DNA of 64,000 nt from Octopus sinensis (lineage: Eukaryota), in NCBI RefSeq assembly GCF_006345805.1, contig NC_043006.1:29078001-29142000 (forward strand), given 5' to 3'. The notes beneath the pieces were generated by a model. It saw only the letters and a list, made by a program, of their open reading frames with translations, ran no database searches and was not told where the DNA came from. The position numbers and the translations under genes are program-made. Below are positions 1-13,700 of the stretch, one piece after another (the stretch's first letter is position 1; each line of letters opens with the position of its first letter).

Positions 1-638
1 AATGTTATTGTCTTCCCTTTTCCACATAATAATGTATGTATGTAGGAAGAAATAAAAAATTGACTTGTTCAGAATTTGTTAAACTGTTATCCTCTTCGAA
101 ACTACAAGTATTGCTTAACCAGAGATACTTATAGCATGCTTTGAGGACTGTTATAAGATCCATCACTGTAAGCATAGACTGAAAAATAGTTTTTAAAAGG
201 GTTATATTACAATTAGTTAGCAAAATGAATACTTTTTTTTATATGAATATACTCTTTGATATAATATATTGATTCCAGTCTGATTTAACTGTTTCAAAAA
301 CAATGATTATGTGAACTAAAGATGAACAAGAAGCTTACACTATGGAGAGCATGCACCAGAGTATTAAGGTAACAACAGACTACTCTAACAAGCACCTGTA
401 CTATAGGCTACTGGTCTTAGACACAGAACTCTGGCTGGAAACCAAGAATAGTCAGGTCCAGATCCTCCATTCCCATTATGCCAAGCCGTGACTTCTAAAT
501 AGCTCATCCATAAGAATGCAGTTATTGCAGACAACACCAAGTTCAGTATTCAAATGGCAGACTTAGTGAGAGTGATGAGGAATGTGTCCCGCATGTTCAG
601 CTCTGTAGAACTAGAAAGACACAACACTTCATCCGCTG

Positions 639-744
639 CTGGGCTTACAAAGAATAAGTCCCGGGGTCGATTTGCTCGACTAAAGGCGGTGCTCCAGCAT
701 GGCCGCAGTCAAAGGACTGAAACAAGTAAAAGAGTAAAAGAGTA
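639..744 (+). mobile_element. tRNA-derived SINE family A, 3' fragment
   Basis: Matches the 3' end (gggcttacaaagaataagtcc...gactgaaacaagtaaaagag) of the full copies at 7564 and 31061. Confidence 0.85.
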
Positions 745-819
745 TTGAAAACTTTTAGAAACAGATTGGTTATTATTGTTGATCATGTAATTTTACAAGT
801 TTTAATAACTATATTTCAG

Positions 820-946
820 CATTGAGATGTTTAAACTAACATGTGATGACCTCCAAGAATGGATAAGAGAGAAAGATAATGCACTCTATGATGACGATGT
901 AGGAAAAGATCTTGAAAGCAGCAAAAATCTGAGAAGAAAACACATG
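820..946 (+). CDS. SPTBN5: spectrin exon 1 (numbering within window)
   Basis: tttcag|C...ATG|gtgggt; [42 protein letters not shown]. Confidence 0.9.
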
Positions 947-3900
947 GTGGGTATAATATGTTAATACAAAAGCTTGATTTGATAAAAATTCTGTATTCTT
1001 TAGTTGAATTGTTTCATTATTTCTTTCAGAATTTTGAACGAGAACTTGTTCCTGTTGAAACAAAAATGACAAAAATGGCCTTTCTAGCTGACACGTAAGT
1101 CTTTTGCTTGAATTGGTTAATCAGATGAAAATAACAGATTTTACATAACAGCAGTTAGGCATGGGAACCAAGAAATGAAAGTATAAATTTCAAATCTATC
1201 CTCTGGTTCTGGTTTGACGACCCTTCATGTTTGTTTCGTTCGGTTTCACTGTCATGTTTCTATTCCCAACTTTGACCCTCCATAAATCCTAAATTTTATT
1301 TTAGAATTTATGGGAGCAACTATCTTTGAAGACTCGTATTGTTGTTGAATGCTTGAAATGAGGAGTAGACAGACAGCTGACAACTGATGAAGGGTCGTTC
1401 TTTATGCTACTTGTCCTGTTCTCCATTTTTTTCTCATTGTTTACATACTTAGCTTGTTTGTTTATGTATTTCATGTTGGTAACGTCCTGTACCCATAAAT
1501 GCTTGTGTATATATATATATAATAATAATATTAGGGAGTATATCCAAACTTACAGGGAAAAATTAGATTTAAGATTAAATCAAATTTTACAGTATAAATA
1601 TAAATTAAATTAGAGATAAAACCACTATTAGGCAAATCAAACAGTAAAAAACATGAACCAAAACATAAAAATTAATATAATATACAAAATAAATAAAATA
1701 TAAAATTTTAAATTCATATTTATAAATTTTTATATTTTTTAAATTTTTAATTTATAAATTTTTAAACTTTTAATTTTTTAATTAATTAATTTTAAAAAAA
1801 TTAAAATTTTTTAATTAATTAATTTTAAAAAAATTAAAATTTTTTTTTTATACTATCAAAAAGTATAAAAAGTTTAATATAATATAATAAGTAAAACCAC
1901 TACGTACATTTCATGGCCATAATTCAATTCGAATTACAATTAATTTAAATTCAATTAAAAATTCGAATTATAATTATAGTCAATTTTCAGGTTAATGATA
2001 ATAGTTAAATAAATAAGCAAATAGATTTAAACAATATATTTTAAGAAATAAATAAAATAATAATTTTTCTTATAAAAAACTGTATTATCAAACTAGAAAC
2101 TTAATAGTTATACAATTTTTTAAAGTAAGGTTACTGGTTTATAATATGGTTTTAATCTTTAATTTTTTAATGTATCTCATAAATATATATTAATATTTAT
2201 GTAAGTAGTATTGGATTAATTAATTTATTTATTTTTCTTTATATGTCTATACATTTATTGATAGCGTAAATTTCAGATTTTAATCACTATATTTGTTGAT
2301 AATAATTTAGTTATTATTTTAAAAAATATTTTATGATTATTAGATGTGTGTGTGTCCTCTCTTAAATGAAACATAGCTTTACTATTTGTGTATTTTTACT
2401 TTGTGTATTATATGCAAGTATTATTATATTTCTCTAATACTTTTTGTGATTCTCATCTGTGTTCTAGACACAGATATAACAGATTATCACTAAACTACTT
2501 ATCTATTCTCTATTGTAAATAGAACTGGATGTTATCATATGAATTATAGTAAGACAAACTTGGACCTTATGAAATGTATTTAAGTCTAGAGCTAAAAAAA
2601 ATTTTCTTTAAAATATTATACCTAAAACAATGGTAAAGTTTCTTTGATATTATTCCTTATCTAGAGTTATTATTTTTGTAAATCCGTTTTATATTTGTCA
2701 ATCATTTTAATCATATTTTTTTATAGATTCTTTTCCATCTGGTAAGGGGCATTTCATGAGAATTATATGTCATAGTTTCTTATCACTTTCATTTAGTTTA
2801 TTAGCTTCTATTGTGTGTGTGCGTGTGTGTGTGATTTGTAAAGGTTTTAGTTCATCAAGATTAGTTTTTAGAGCCTTCTTTCATTATTTCCATAGCTGCA
2901 TGCAGTTTTCAGTTGGCTGCTTTTGGGAGTAGTTTGTATTTGCTTGTTTATTGTCTTTTGCATCAATCAGTTTTTGTTATCATTGTTGTTTCTTTGGTAG
3001 AGAAAAAAAATTTACACTCAGATAAATCTTGAGTCCGAGTGCAGAAATACTTGTTTAACTCTTTAGCATTTAAACCAACTGTATCCAGCCAAAATATTCC
3101 ACCTGGCCAGATCTAGCTTTTCACACTTAACCTACAGTGTCACATGACAAATAAACAGCCACATCTCCAAGCCATGAAATAATACCTAATAAATTTCAAA
3201 TGTGAATACATAAGCATTACATTTGACAGAGTAATCTAAATGCTAAAGGGTTAAAACTTATATATTTGATGTTTTAGGAAGTTGAAATGTTATTTAATCT
3301 ACTGCATGTTGTGTTTCAAGAAAATACCTACAGTTTTTTTCATTGACTTTTCAGCTTTTTGGTTATTACTACAGACTCAAATGTTTATTGACCCCTTTTT
3401 TTTTCTTTTGAAGAATGGCTTTAAGAATTTATAAAACATATAAGATTTATCCTTTTATTCTACTGGTTTAATGCACTGATTTGTGGCATTGCTGGCATGG
3501 ATTGGATGGTGTGACAGGTGCTGGTAAGGCCAAGCGCCACACCAGGATCAGTTGTCTGTTTTGGCATGGTTCCTTTGACTGGATGCCCTTCCTAGTGCCA
3601 ACCGCTTCACAGAGTATACTGGGTGCTTATTACATAGCACCATTGCTTTTTACATGGCACCAGCACAGACAGGCTCACCAAAGAACTTGTGAAACAAAAC
3701 CCCCTCAGGGATGAGTAGTAATGAGGGAGGTGGCTTTGTGTCAGTTGTTGAGAGATTAAATGTATAGTTGTACAGAGATAGATGTGTTGCTGGGGTGTGA
3801 GAATGGGTGATCTGATCCAGAGGCTTGGATTGGATGAATAAGAAGGATAGAGGTGACTGTAGCAAATGCTGGAGAGAAATCGACACTCAGTAACGTGGAT

Positions 3901-6900
3901 TGCAGTGGTTATGTTGGTACATTGAGGGTGATAGCAGATAAGTGAGATGTTTATGATGAAGAACAGCACAGAGGAGAAAAGGCAAGGGAAGATAAGGGGA
4001 AATGGAAGTGGTTTGGGGGTGGGGAAGAAAGTAACTGAGAAAGTCAGTGGGTGTAATATGTTTGCTCGGCTTTCAGGTGATAGTGAAAGGATGGGTGTTA
4101 GGGGATAAAATGTGAAGGGAAATGGTTGACAAGGCAGAGAGAATAGAGGTGGGGGTGGGCACCAGTTCTTCACTGACGAGCATTACCAAGGTGGTTTTAG
4201 GATATCAGTTCTGATGGACAGATCTTCTTGGGTACAGCAAAGCCCAGTTGTCTTGGTCCTTTGTTATCTCCTTCATAAGGCTCAACATCTTCAGATCAGC
4301 CTTCAGTACTTCAACCCACGTCTTCCTGGGTCTCCCTTTTCCACAACTACCATCCACTTTGAGTGATTGGCATTTCTTTATGCAACTGCCTTCATCCATA
4401 TGTATCACCTGATCATATCGATGCAGTCTTTCTTCATCCACACTGCATCTAATTCCTCTTATGCTTAACTTTTCTCTCAATACACTAGCACTCTGACACA
4501 CATCCAGTGGAGCATACCAACTTCATTACTCTCTAGTCATTGCATGTCCTCTGCATTCAGGGCCAATATCTCCCTACCATGTAGCATTGCTGTTTGTATA
4601 CATGCATCACACAATCTTACTTCTACTCAGAGAGGGAGACTTTTGGTTGCCAACAGAGGTAAAAGCTCTCTGAACATTCTCCATCCTATTCTTATTCTAG
4701 TACTAAAACACTTAGTACATCCCCCTCCACTGCTAATTAGGTTACCTAGATTGCAGAAATTATCCACTAACTCTAGAGAGCTTCTGGAGTATTTGAGAAA
4801 ATCAATTTCCCATATGTTTGTAATTTTCATGACTCCCCTGCATCTTCCTTCTACAAACATTACTTTCTCTGTTAATCTTCCTTCTATTCCACTGCACCTG
4901 TTTTTTTGTCCATGGATTTTACTGGGTACAGTGTGTGGAATTCCTGCTTAACCTTTCCTGCGTATCCAGCAGAGCCATTTACACAGTTCTGTCTGTTTTC
5001 TTGCTCACTAGAACTTTGGTGCTCTGATTTCAGGTTTACTTCCACACCTGGAATTTCTTTTCTAGTTCTGTTACAGAATCTGCTATGAAAGCAAGATCAT
5101 CAGTATATAAGCATTCCCAGGAGCAACCAGTCTTGAATTACACTGTTGTGTTTTGGAGAATAATGGGTAGATAGGAGGGGACTGATAATTACAACCTGAT
5201 CAACACCTATCTGTACACTAAATTCATCACTGTTCTCATGGTTAACTCTCGTATTACTGGTAAAGTCTCCACACATGCCCTGTACAGCTAGATTCGTCAA
5301 GCCCACCATATCACACAGAGTTCTGTCAAAGGCTTTCCAAGTCAATAAATGCCAAGTACAATGGTTTATCCTTAATCAAATACTTCTGCAGTTGTCTTAC
5401 TTTAAAAAGAGCATCAGTAGTGCTCCCCAGCGTAAAGACAAACTGTGTTTACTCTAATCTGATTCTGTCCCTAATTAATTGGGCTGTTATTCTTTCCATA
5501 GCTTTCATGACCTGGTTCAGCAATTTGATGCTTCTAATATTTTTCTGCTGTAGACATCAGGCTTGAAATCTTGTGAGTAAGAGGCTAGTTGCTTACATTA
5601 AACCCAATACGCAGCTGGTATTTATTTTATCAACCTCAGACAGGTGAAAGGGAGTCAACTTTAGCGAAATTTAAACTCAGAACATGAACATGGATGAAAT
5701 GCCACTAAACATTTTCACTGGTATGCTAACAATTTTGCTGGCTTACCATTTTAATAATAGTAATAATCCTTTCTACTTTAGGTAGAAGGCCTGAATTTTG
5801 TGAGTGGAAGCTCGTCAATTACATCAACCTTAGTCCTCAACTGTCTCTTATATCATTCACTCTGAAAGGAGGAAAAGCAGGATTTGAACTCAGAATATGT
5901 AAAGATGGATGAAATGTCACTAAGCAGTTTGTCTGGTAATGCTAACAATTCTGCCAGTTAGTACACTGACTTGAAAGGATTGGAACTTAGAATGAAGAGA
6001 GATGAAACTAAATAGGTGTCAAGTCCAAGACTTTATTTTCTCAGCCATCTCCACTGATTTTTGTCTCCTATCCTTAATGTTCTAGTATCTGGAATGAGTC
6101 ATATTATAGTACGTGATGCTTGTGAAAAATTGAAATGGCTTCAAGTGAATTAGTAAATAAGATTGCTTAAGTGTTTTGTTCACATTATTTATTACATGAA
6201 ATTCTTTTAATCTTTTACTGGTTTCTGTCATTGAACCATGGCCACCCTGGAGTTCCACCATCAATGGTTTTTTTTTTCTCTATTCATCTTGGTTGGTACT
6301 TATTTCAGTTTGGCATTTACCTGATTGATCTTATAAAGAAAAACTGCATAAACATCATTTTTAGTCTGCTATAAACATAAATGCAAACCCCGTCCTCTCT
6401 CATGTACATTTAACATACACACACACACACACACACAATTAACTCTAGTCTTTAGTAGAAGATAGATGTTGAAGGTTCTGTATTGTAGGACCAATCCTAG
6501 AGCCACATATTTGGAAAACAATCTTCTTAACCATGCAACAGCTATGCTTGCCTCTGATTGTGGAAATTCAAATATTTGCATGTCTTGTTGACCCCTTTGT
6601 TTTACAGCCAGATACTGTTGCCAACCCATGCCAGCATGAAAAAACACACTAATTGATGATGATACCTTAATGCCAATAACAATTGTGAAGTGTGACTGAT
6701 ACTTCATTTCATTGTGATAAGTTGTGGACTTTACGTAATTAAGGATGCAATGAAATGTGGTTTATTATTTTAGTGAATTTCACACTTTACTGCTTAAGAA
6801 CAGACTTAAAATTTGTCTGAACATTTAAAAAAATAAATATATAAAAAAATAATTAATTTGGTGAAAATTCATCTGATAATTGATATTGTTATGGTAATTG

Positions 6901-7727
6901 CATCACTTTATTATTTTAATTAAGTGTCCGTTCTGCATACCCTAATGAAAAGAATTATGTTGACCAAAGGCAAAAGGAAGTAGAGAAGCAGTGGAAAGCA
7001 TTACAGGTAAGTGAAAGTCTTAAAGACTTAATTTTCTGCTCTCTTACTCAATTCTTGTTACTGTTTCTGTTTACTGCTGCTGCTAATATATATTGTCAAC
7101 CAAAACGCAAATATTGTTTTATCACCTTGCTATAGAAATTTCTATTAATTTAAGAGGAAAAACGAAATATTTAGACAATTCTATTTTATTAGCCTATCTA
7201 TTCCTTAGAATCGGAATGGCATTAAAATAGAATTATGTAAGAAGCTGCTGAGTTAAGAAGTTCAAAAATTATATTTTTAATCCTAAACCTCCACACAACT
7301 GATACACATATTTCAAGAAGAAATTATAGGGTTTGAAATGGGAATATAAATATTACAGAATTTTTGTATGGTTTGTGTTCTTGAAGAAAAAAAATAATGT
7401 TGATCATAGTGGTGAAATGTTTGAACCGAAGACTTTAGTTACATCATGATTGATGTGATCTCATTCCAACTGCCAATATTTACACCAGATTTGCTCAACT
7501 CTTAGTTTTCTTATTACTTTGGGTTGTGCTTCTGATACTTTTTCACATTGATATATATATATCAGGAGTGGCTGTGTGGTAAGTAGCTGGCTTACCAACC
7601 ACATGGTTCCGGGTTCAGTCCCACTGCGTGGCACCTTGGGCAAGTGTCTTCTACTATAGCCTCGGCCCGACTAAAGCCTTGTGAGTGGATTTAGTAGATG
7701 GAAACTGAAAGAAGCCCATCGCATATA

Positions 7728-7772
<45 letters not shown>

Positions 7773-10700
7773 GTGTGTGTTTGTGTGTCTGTGTTTGTCC
7801 CCCCCAACATCGCTTGACAACCGATGCTGGTGTGTTTACGTCCCTGTAACTTAGCGGTTTGGCAAAAGAGACCGACAGAATAAGTACTAGGCTTACAAAG
7901 AATAAGTCCTGGGGTCGATTTACTCGACTAAAGGCGATGCTAGAGCATGGCCACTGTCAAATGACTGAAACAAGTAAAAGAGTATATATATGTTTAAAAT
8001 TAATTTGATAAATATATTTTCCTATTTAATTTCAAAAGACTGTTGAAAATAGTCCTTTTAGAATTTTAAATTTGTTTGTTTTTGCATCATTAATTGTTTC
8101 CAAATAATATGTTGATAGATTAACCTATTCTTTTCACCGTGTCATCATTGAGATTAAAATCAATACTGCTGCACTCTCTTTTCTGCTTATAAGGCTACAG
8201 CTCAGATCCACTCTCTGAGCTATGAACATGGCATAAAATGTTTACCTACAACAAAATAAATAAAATTTATCATTTATTCTCTGTCTAACCAAAGGAATAA
8301 TTAGAGGCTTTTGAAAATGTAATCAATTCTAGTTGTGTTTGTTAAATTTGATAATTATAGTTTCTTTGCATATTGTAGGACAAAGTACAAAAAAGAAGGA
8401 AACAGCTTGATGATTCTGTTACACAACATCAGTTTGCAGAAGATGGCAAAGATCTTGTAAGTATTTTCTTTTCTTAACTAATTAGTTATTGATCTGGTCA
8501 ATATCTGCTAATCTAACACTTGGCATAAAATTTCCAGAATGTATCTTAATTGGTTATATTTCTAATAGTTGTTGATTGTGTGTAATGTCCCAGAGACCTC
8601 AAATTAAGCAACAGGCCTCCTGTCTCTCTTTGATTTGGGCAGCCTTTTACTCTTTATGATAGTATGTATTTGGAAGATTTTGTTTAGCCTGGGCTCCATT
8701 TTCAGTAATGATATATTTTGGAATCTGATGCAGGACCTTCAATTCCAATTTATTTATTTATTTTAGTTCCTGGATATTGAATTTCTTGGCTTATTTGTAT
8801 TCCATTATTAATCAAGGATGGTGGATAATTCCTTCAAGGTCTATCCTTCAGTTCTTAACATCATATATCTTAGATGTTTGTATCAGATGTTCTTGTACAA
8901 ATCCTTTTGGCTAGGTTATAAGAGACATTCATTCTGATGTCTCGGATGGCCTGAATTGAATGGAAGATATTGTTTGGAGTCTGTAAGTTTATAGTAAATG
9001 TCCTGTCTCTACTTGATTGTTGATATTCTTTATATGGCTGTCAAAGATGTCTGTATATGTATCAAGTAACAAAAACAGTATAACTTGAACAGTTGCAGAC
9101 ATTTTTATTAAATGTGTTATTCATTAAAATAAGCACCTTTGCAAACCACAACCCTTTCTCATTGCAATACAAGTTTTAATTCCATCTTCGTAAAATATTT
9201 TGTCTTTAGAAAATAACCTGACCTCTTCTCTCATGTGTTTTATTATGGAGATGTGTATTTTGCATAGGACTGTCTTTAATCACTTGGAGAGGTGTCAGGA
9301 GAATATGGTGGGAGCACAAATACCTGCCATCATAAAGCACAAATCATCTTGGGGGTAAGCATTGTAGTATAAAGTCTTGCATTGTTCTGTAGGAATATTA
9401 CTTCCATCTAATGAACTATGCCTTTTGCTTTTAAAGTAAGCTATCCAGCACACACTTGAGTTGCATCATGTAAATTTCTGCTGTAACTGTTTGATTTGTA
9501 ATGGACAACATCAGCTGCAGTCCACCAAACACATTCTGCCACTGGATGATCCAGTGGTACTGAATCATTTAATGACAGCCAGGGATAACTTCTATTCCTG
9601 TTTGAGTATGAGAACATTTTTCATCACAAGCAAGTAAACAATTGTAAAAACAGTTTGTTTTACTTTTATTTATTTGTTTTTCACATGTAAAGAGTAAAGA
9701 ACAAAAAGATTCTGAAGTTTGTCATCTGGTAATGTGGCACCTGTTTGCTTACCTTCCCCAACTGGGCCAATCAACGCTTCTGGAATGGAATTATTGGACA
9801 AAAACTGAATGGAGGCCCATCATACCGAAGGGTTAGAAGACCATCTCTTGCTCAGTTGCCACAGTTTTGGCATAGTTTCTACAGTTGGTTGCTTTTCATA
9901 GCACCAACAACCACTTAGCTGAATGTAGTGGGTGTTGATTTTGTGGTACCAACATCAGAAAGATGGCCATGCCCTTGGCAAGATTCTTTGTGGTATATCT
10001 GCTTTATTTGCCAAACACTGTACACAATTTACTGGATGCATTTTATCAACATGGGTGAGATCACTAAATAATTTGCTGGACTATAGAATCTCTATGACTG
10101 GGGAAGGGTTGGAATAGGAGAGAGAATGAAGACATCACGTGAAGTGTTGAGAGAAATTTAAAATAGAAGAAACAAATGTATATTGTGGTTAATAACAGAA
10201 GCGACAGTGTTGGGCTGGGTCTGTAATTAAGAGAAAGAGAAAGTGTACTACCAAGGATTAGAGAGAGGTGCGGGTGGGGAAAAGACAAACAGGCAGGCAG
10301 AGAGTGCTAAGGATGGTGGGGTGGATTGTGTTGGAGAAGATCAAAGGCTATCCCATGATATGTGGATGGAGAGGTGCATGAAATGGACATAAAGAGGTGG
10401 TGATTAGAAGCTAGAGAAATATGGAAAGAGTCAGGGGAAGTAAAAGACATAGTGATTGTTGTAAAGGTGGAGGTGTACCAAAGAGATGAAGCTGGGAAGA
10501 AGCTGTGAGGAGAGGTTTAGTGAATGAAAGAGGGACAGAAAGATATTGAATAAATAGTAGAGTACTGTGGATGAATGCAGTAAATGCATCCCAATCACTA
10601 TTACTATTCCTGTTCTCGAGTTTCCTCTGCCAAGTTTTCAAGACAATGCAAGTTTTCTCTAGCACTGCATGTTAACCTTTGTCATCAATTTTGTGAATTC

Positions 10701-13700
10701 CAGTATCTGAGGTTGGTTATCACTACTTCATCCCATATCTAAGTCTTCCTCTTCTACAAATTCCATCCTCACTTGGTATTTTTTTTTATGCAGCTTTCAT
10801 CATCCATTTACATCACATATCTATGAACTCTTCTCTTTTGCAAACACTAACATTATCCAATGAAGAATATTCACAGCATTTCTTTCTAATATTCATAGAT
10901 GCTCTGCATTCAAGGCTGACCACATAATAAATACTATATTATATGTGTGAGTATGTTTGTTACATTGTATAATGTGTGATATGTATTATTTCAGTTGGCA
11001 TGGGCTGAAATTATGGAGTCAAAATTGAAATCCTCTGAAAAACCTCGTGACTATAAGACAGCTGAAAGTATGCTGCAGGAACACAAGGAGTTAGGAAAAG
11101 AAATTGAACAGAAGAAAGAAAAGTAAGTTTACATTTATTGATATGTGTTCATATGAAACAAGATCTGTGAAGGAATACATATTTCCATTCTAAAATGTAT
11201 TCTCCTTTTGTAGATTGCTAATATCAAAAGATAAAGTGGTCTGTTGAAGATTTTCATTTTTCATTTTATTGACCAGTTTAGATATTTTTCTTAACCTGAA
11301 CATGAATGTTAGCCTCTTCCAAGCTGCTCAAAAAATCCCTATTCAGTTAGATATTTCCATCACTGTTTGCATCAGGGAAATTTATCTCGTTATCTAGGAA
11401 CTGAATCTTTTTTAAGTATCATTGTTAGACGCAGTGTATTGCCAATGAAGGGAAACAAAACAGTGGACTTTTAGCTGATAGGCTAATCTTCTACAGATTA
11501 ATAAAGCTGTTTATATCATTTTAGTTCCTCCTAATGTGATGAGTGTTAAAAATACCTACTGAGAATATGTGAAACTATCTCTAAGTTCTACTGAAAATAA
11601 CCATTCCCAAATGCAATGACATTTATATTTGGCTGAGGTAATTTTTAGTTAACATACATATCTGTTCCAATCATATATGATTGGAAGAAGTATGTAATTT
11701 TAAACTGGTAATATAGTTGAAACTATATTGAGAGTTAATGCAATCTTAAACTGGAGATACAGGGGGGGACTATTAGAAGACTTGTAATGCTGAAATTTTT
11801 TATAATCAGGTATATTATTCTTGTTTTGTCCTGATTATTGTCTAATATGATGATGATGGTGTTTTTGTACAGCATTTGAAAGTAGATGGGGAGAGTACTG
11901 TTCCATGATCAATTGCATCTATTATATGAAAAAATTATCTTGTGAAAAGAAAATATATAAATTGATGTTTGTCAACCAAATTTCACTAAGTTCATTGGCT
12001 CAGATTTTCAATTTCTAAGAGAAAACTACTAAACTTATAGAATTAACCTTTCCAAATATATAATTTTCTTTATTTATTTTCAGATTCCGTCATTTGGAGA
12101 ATGTCAAACTGCCTGGAGGTCATACAGCAAAAACTGAAGAACTTTTGAAAAAACTGAAAATTAAAGAAAATAATCTCGATAATATCTGGCAGAAGAAGTA
12201 TAAAGAATTGAAGGATACCTTGAGCCTTCAGGTATCTCAATTTATTGTTTAGCCTCAGGTCAACTCTGCTTGAACAAATCTCTCATCAAACATATTACAT
12301 TTTGTTAGAACTATCTAGAATTATATTGCTTGATGAGGGAGATTTGGTTGTTTTTTCTAATAGATCAAGCAACCTTGTAGACACTCCCTTAGTAGCTCTA
12401 AGATTTTTGATGTTTAGTTTCTGGTAAACTATGGTCAAGGAATCTATGATCAGACATTCTAACCAGTCTGTCTCAGACTACATTATCCAGTATGTCCTTC
12501 CATTTTTTTGTAAAGGTTGCAGTGTTATAAAAGATTTAACTGCTTAGCAGATCAAGTGATCACATATAGGCTCTTTCATTGGCTCTGCAATTCAATGAAA
12601 ATCTGAGCATTAGATTTCAGAAGCTTAGGATATTGCCAAAAATATTTCCACATATTCAACAAGTATAAAATTTTAGACCACATAAAATTGTAAATAACAG
12701 CATATAAATACTGGGTTGAAAAACACTTTAGATCTAAAATGTTGAAGGTTGCCCAAGAAACAACTTTTGACTTCTTCTATCTAAAGAGTTTTGAACCCAA
12801 TACTTGCATCCTATTGTTTATAAATTTACTTACTTCCTGATCTACCTTTCCAAATAAGAATTACTTCACATTTTCTTGAAGTTTATAAAAGTTCTTATGA
12901 CATCAACAACATATTTTTTTTAAAAATCCTATTGATAATAATAAATTAATACTTTATCTATAGTTATTATTTCAATTTATGAAGAATTTATTTTATGAAT
13001 GTATTGTTAATGCATTGAACTGATAACCTTATGGTTACAACTTGAAAACCTGATGCAGCCTTTGTGGTCTTAAACAATGATCATCAAGCTGAATGGATAA
13101 CGTTCTGTGAGTTAATCACATACAGCCTACTTTGTCTTGTAAGTTTTGGTAGGTCACCTAATTCTACTTATCTCAGTTTATGTAGCTGTTGGAATAATTA
13201 CAAGATCTGGGAATATTATGTGATATACTGGTTGTGCTGTTGAGAAGATCCTTCTGCTTAACTGTAGCACCACTACTATCTCTTGACAAAAGCATTCACT
13301 TTAAGTTCCAATAACTCTGAGACAACTATTAAGGTAAAAAAAAAAAAGACAACTAATTTTTTTTTATTTGACAGGGCTTCAATAAAGAAGCTGATTATAT
13401 GGATTACTTGAACAGTGGAAATGAGTCCTTACTTGAGGTTTCTGGAAAACCGGTATGTATAAATGTCTTAACGTACTCTTTTTGTATAAAAATATGTTCC
13501 TACTTTTCAGTTTTGGCTTATTATGGTTTTGTTTCTTATGTTTTAAAAATAGGCTTGTGAAAACTTAAACAATAGAACTCCAGACAAAATGTTTCTCTAC
13601 ACCCAACATAGTACTTTATTGTTCTTAGTCCAAACAAACTTGTCTCGGTCAACTTTATGTCTTTACCAGTAATATCAATAGTATTAGCAAGAGTCTTCCT

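Noticed and set aside
279-368. Possible extra spectrin exon (ttccag|...AAG|gtaac)
   Set aside because: All three frames from the acceptor hit stops, and the peptide that fits the phase of exon 1 has no spectrin character.
3607-4173. 188-aa ORF (and the 142/180-aa ORFs at 40452-41001)
   Set aside because: Low-complexity Pro/Leu/Ser/His translations of pyrimidine-rich RTE UTR tracts.
7564-7630. tRNA-like sequence
   Set aside because: It is the head of a multicopy SINE (A/B boxes but no complete cloverleaf), not a tRNA gene.
12232-12240. Donor GTATCTCAA as a possible U12-type intron
   Set aside because: Does not match GTATCCTT; no U12 branch site seen.
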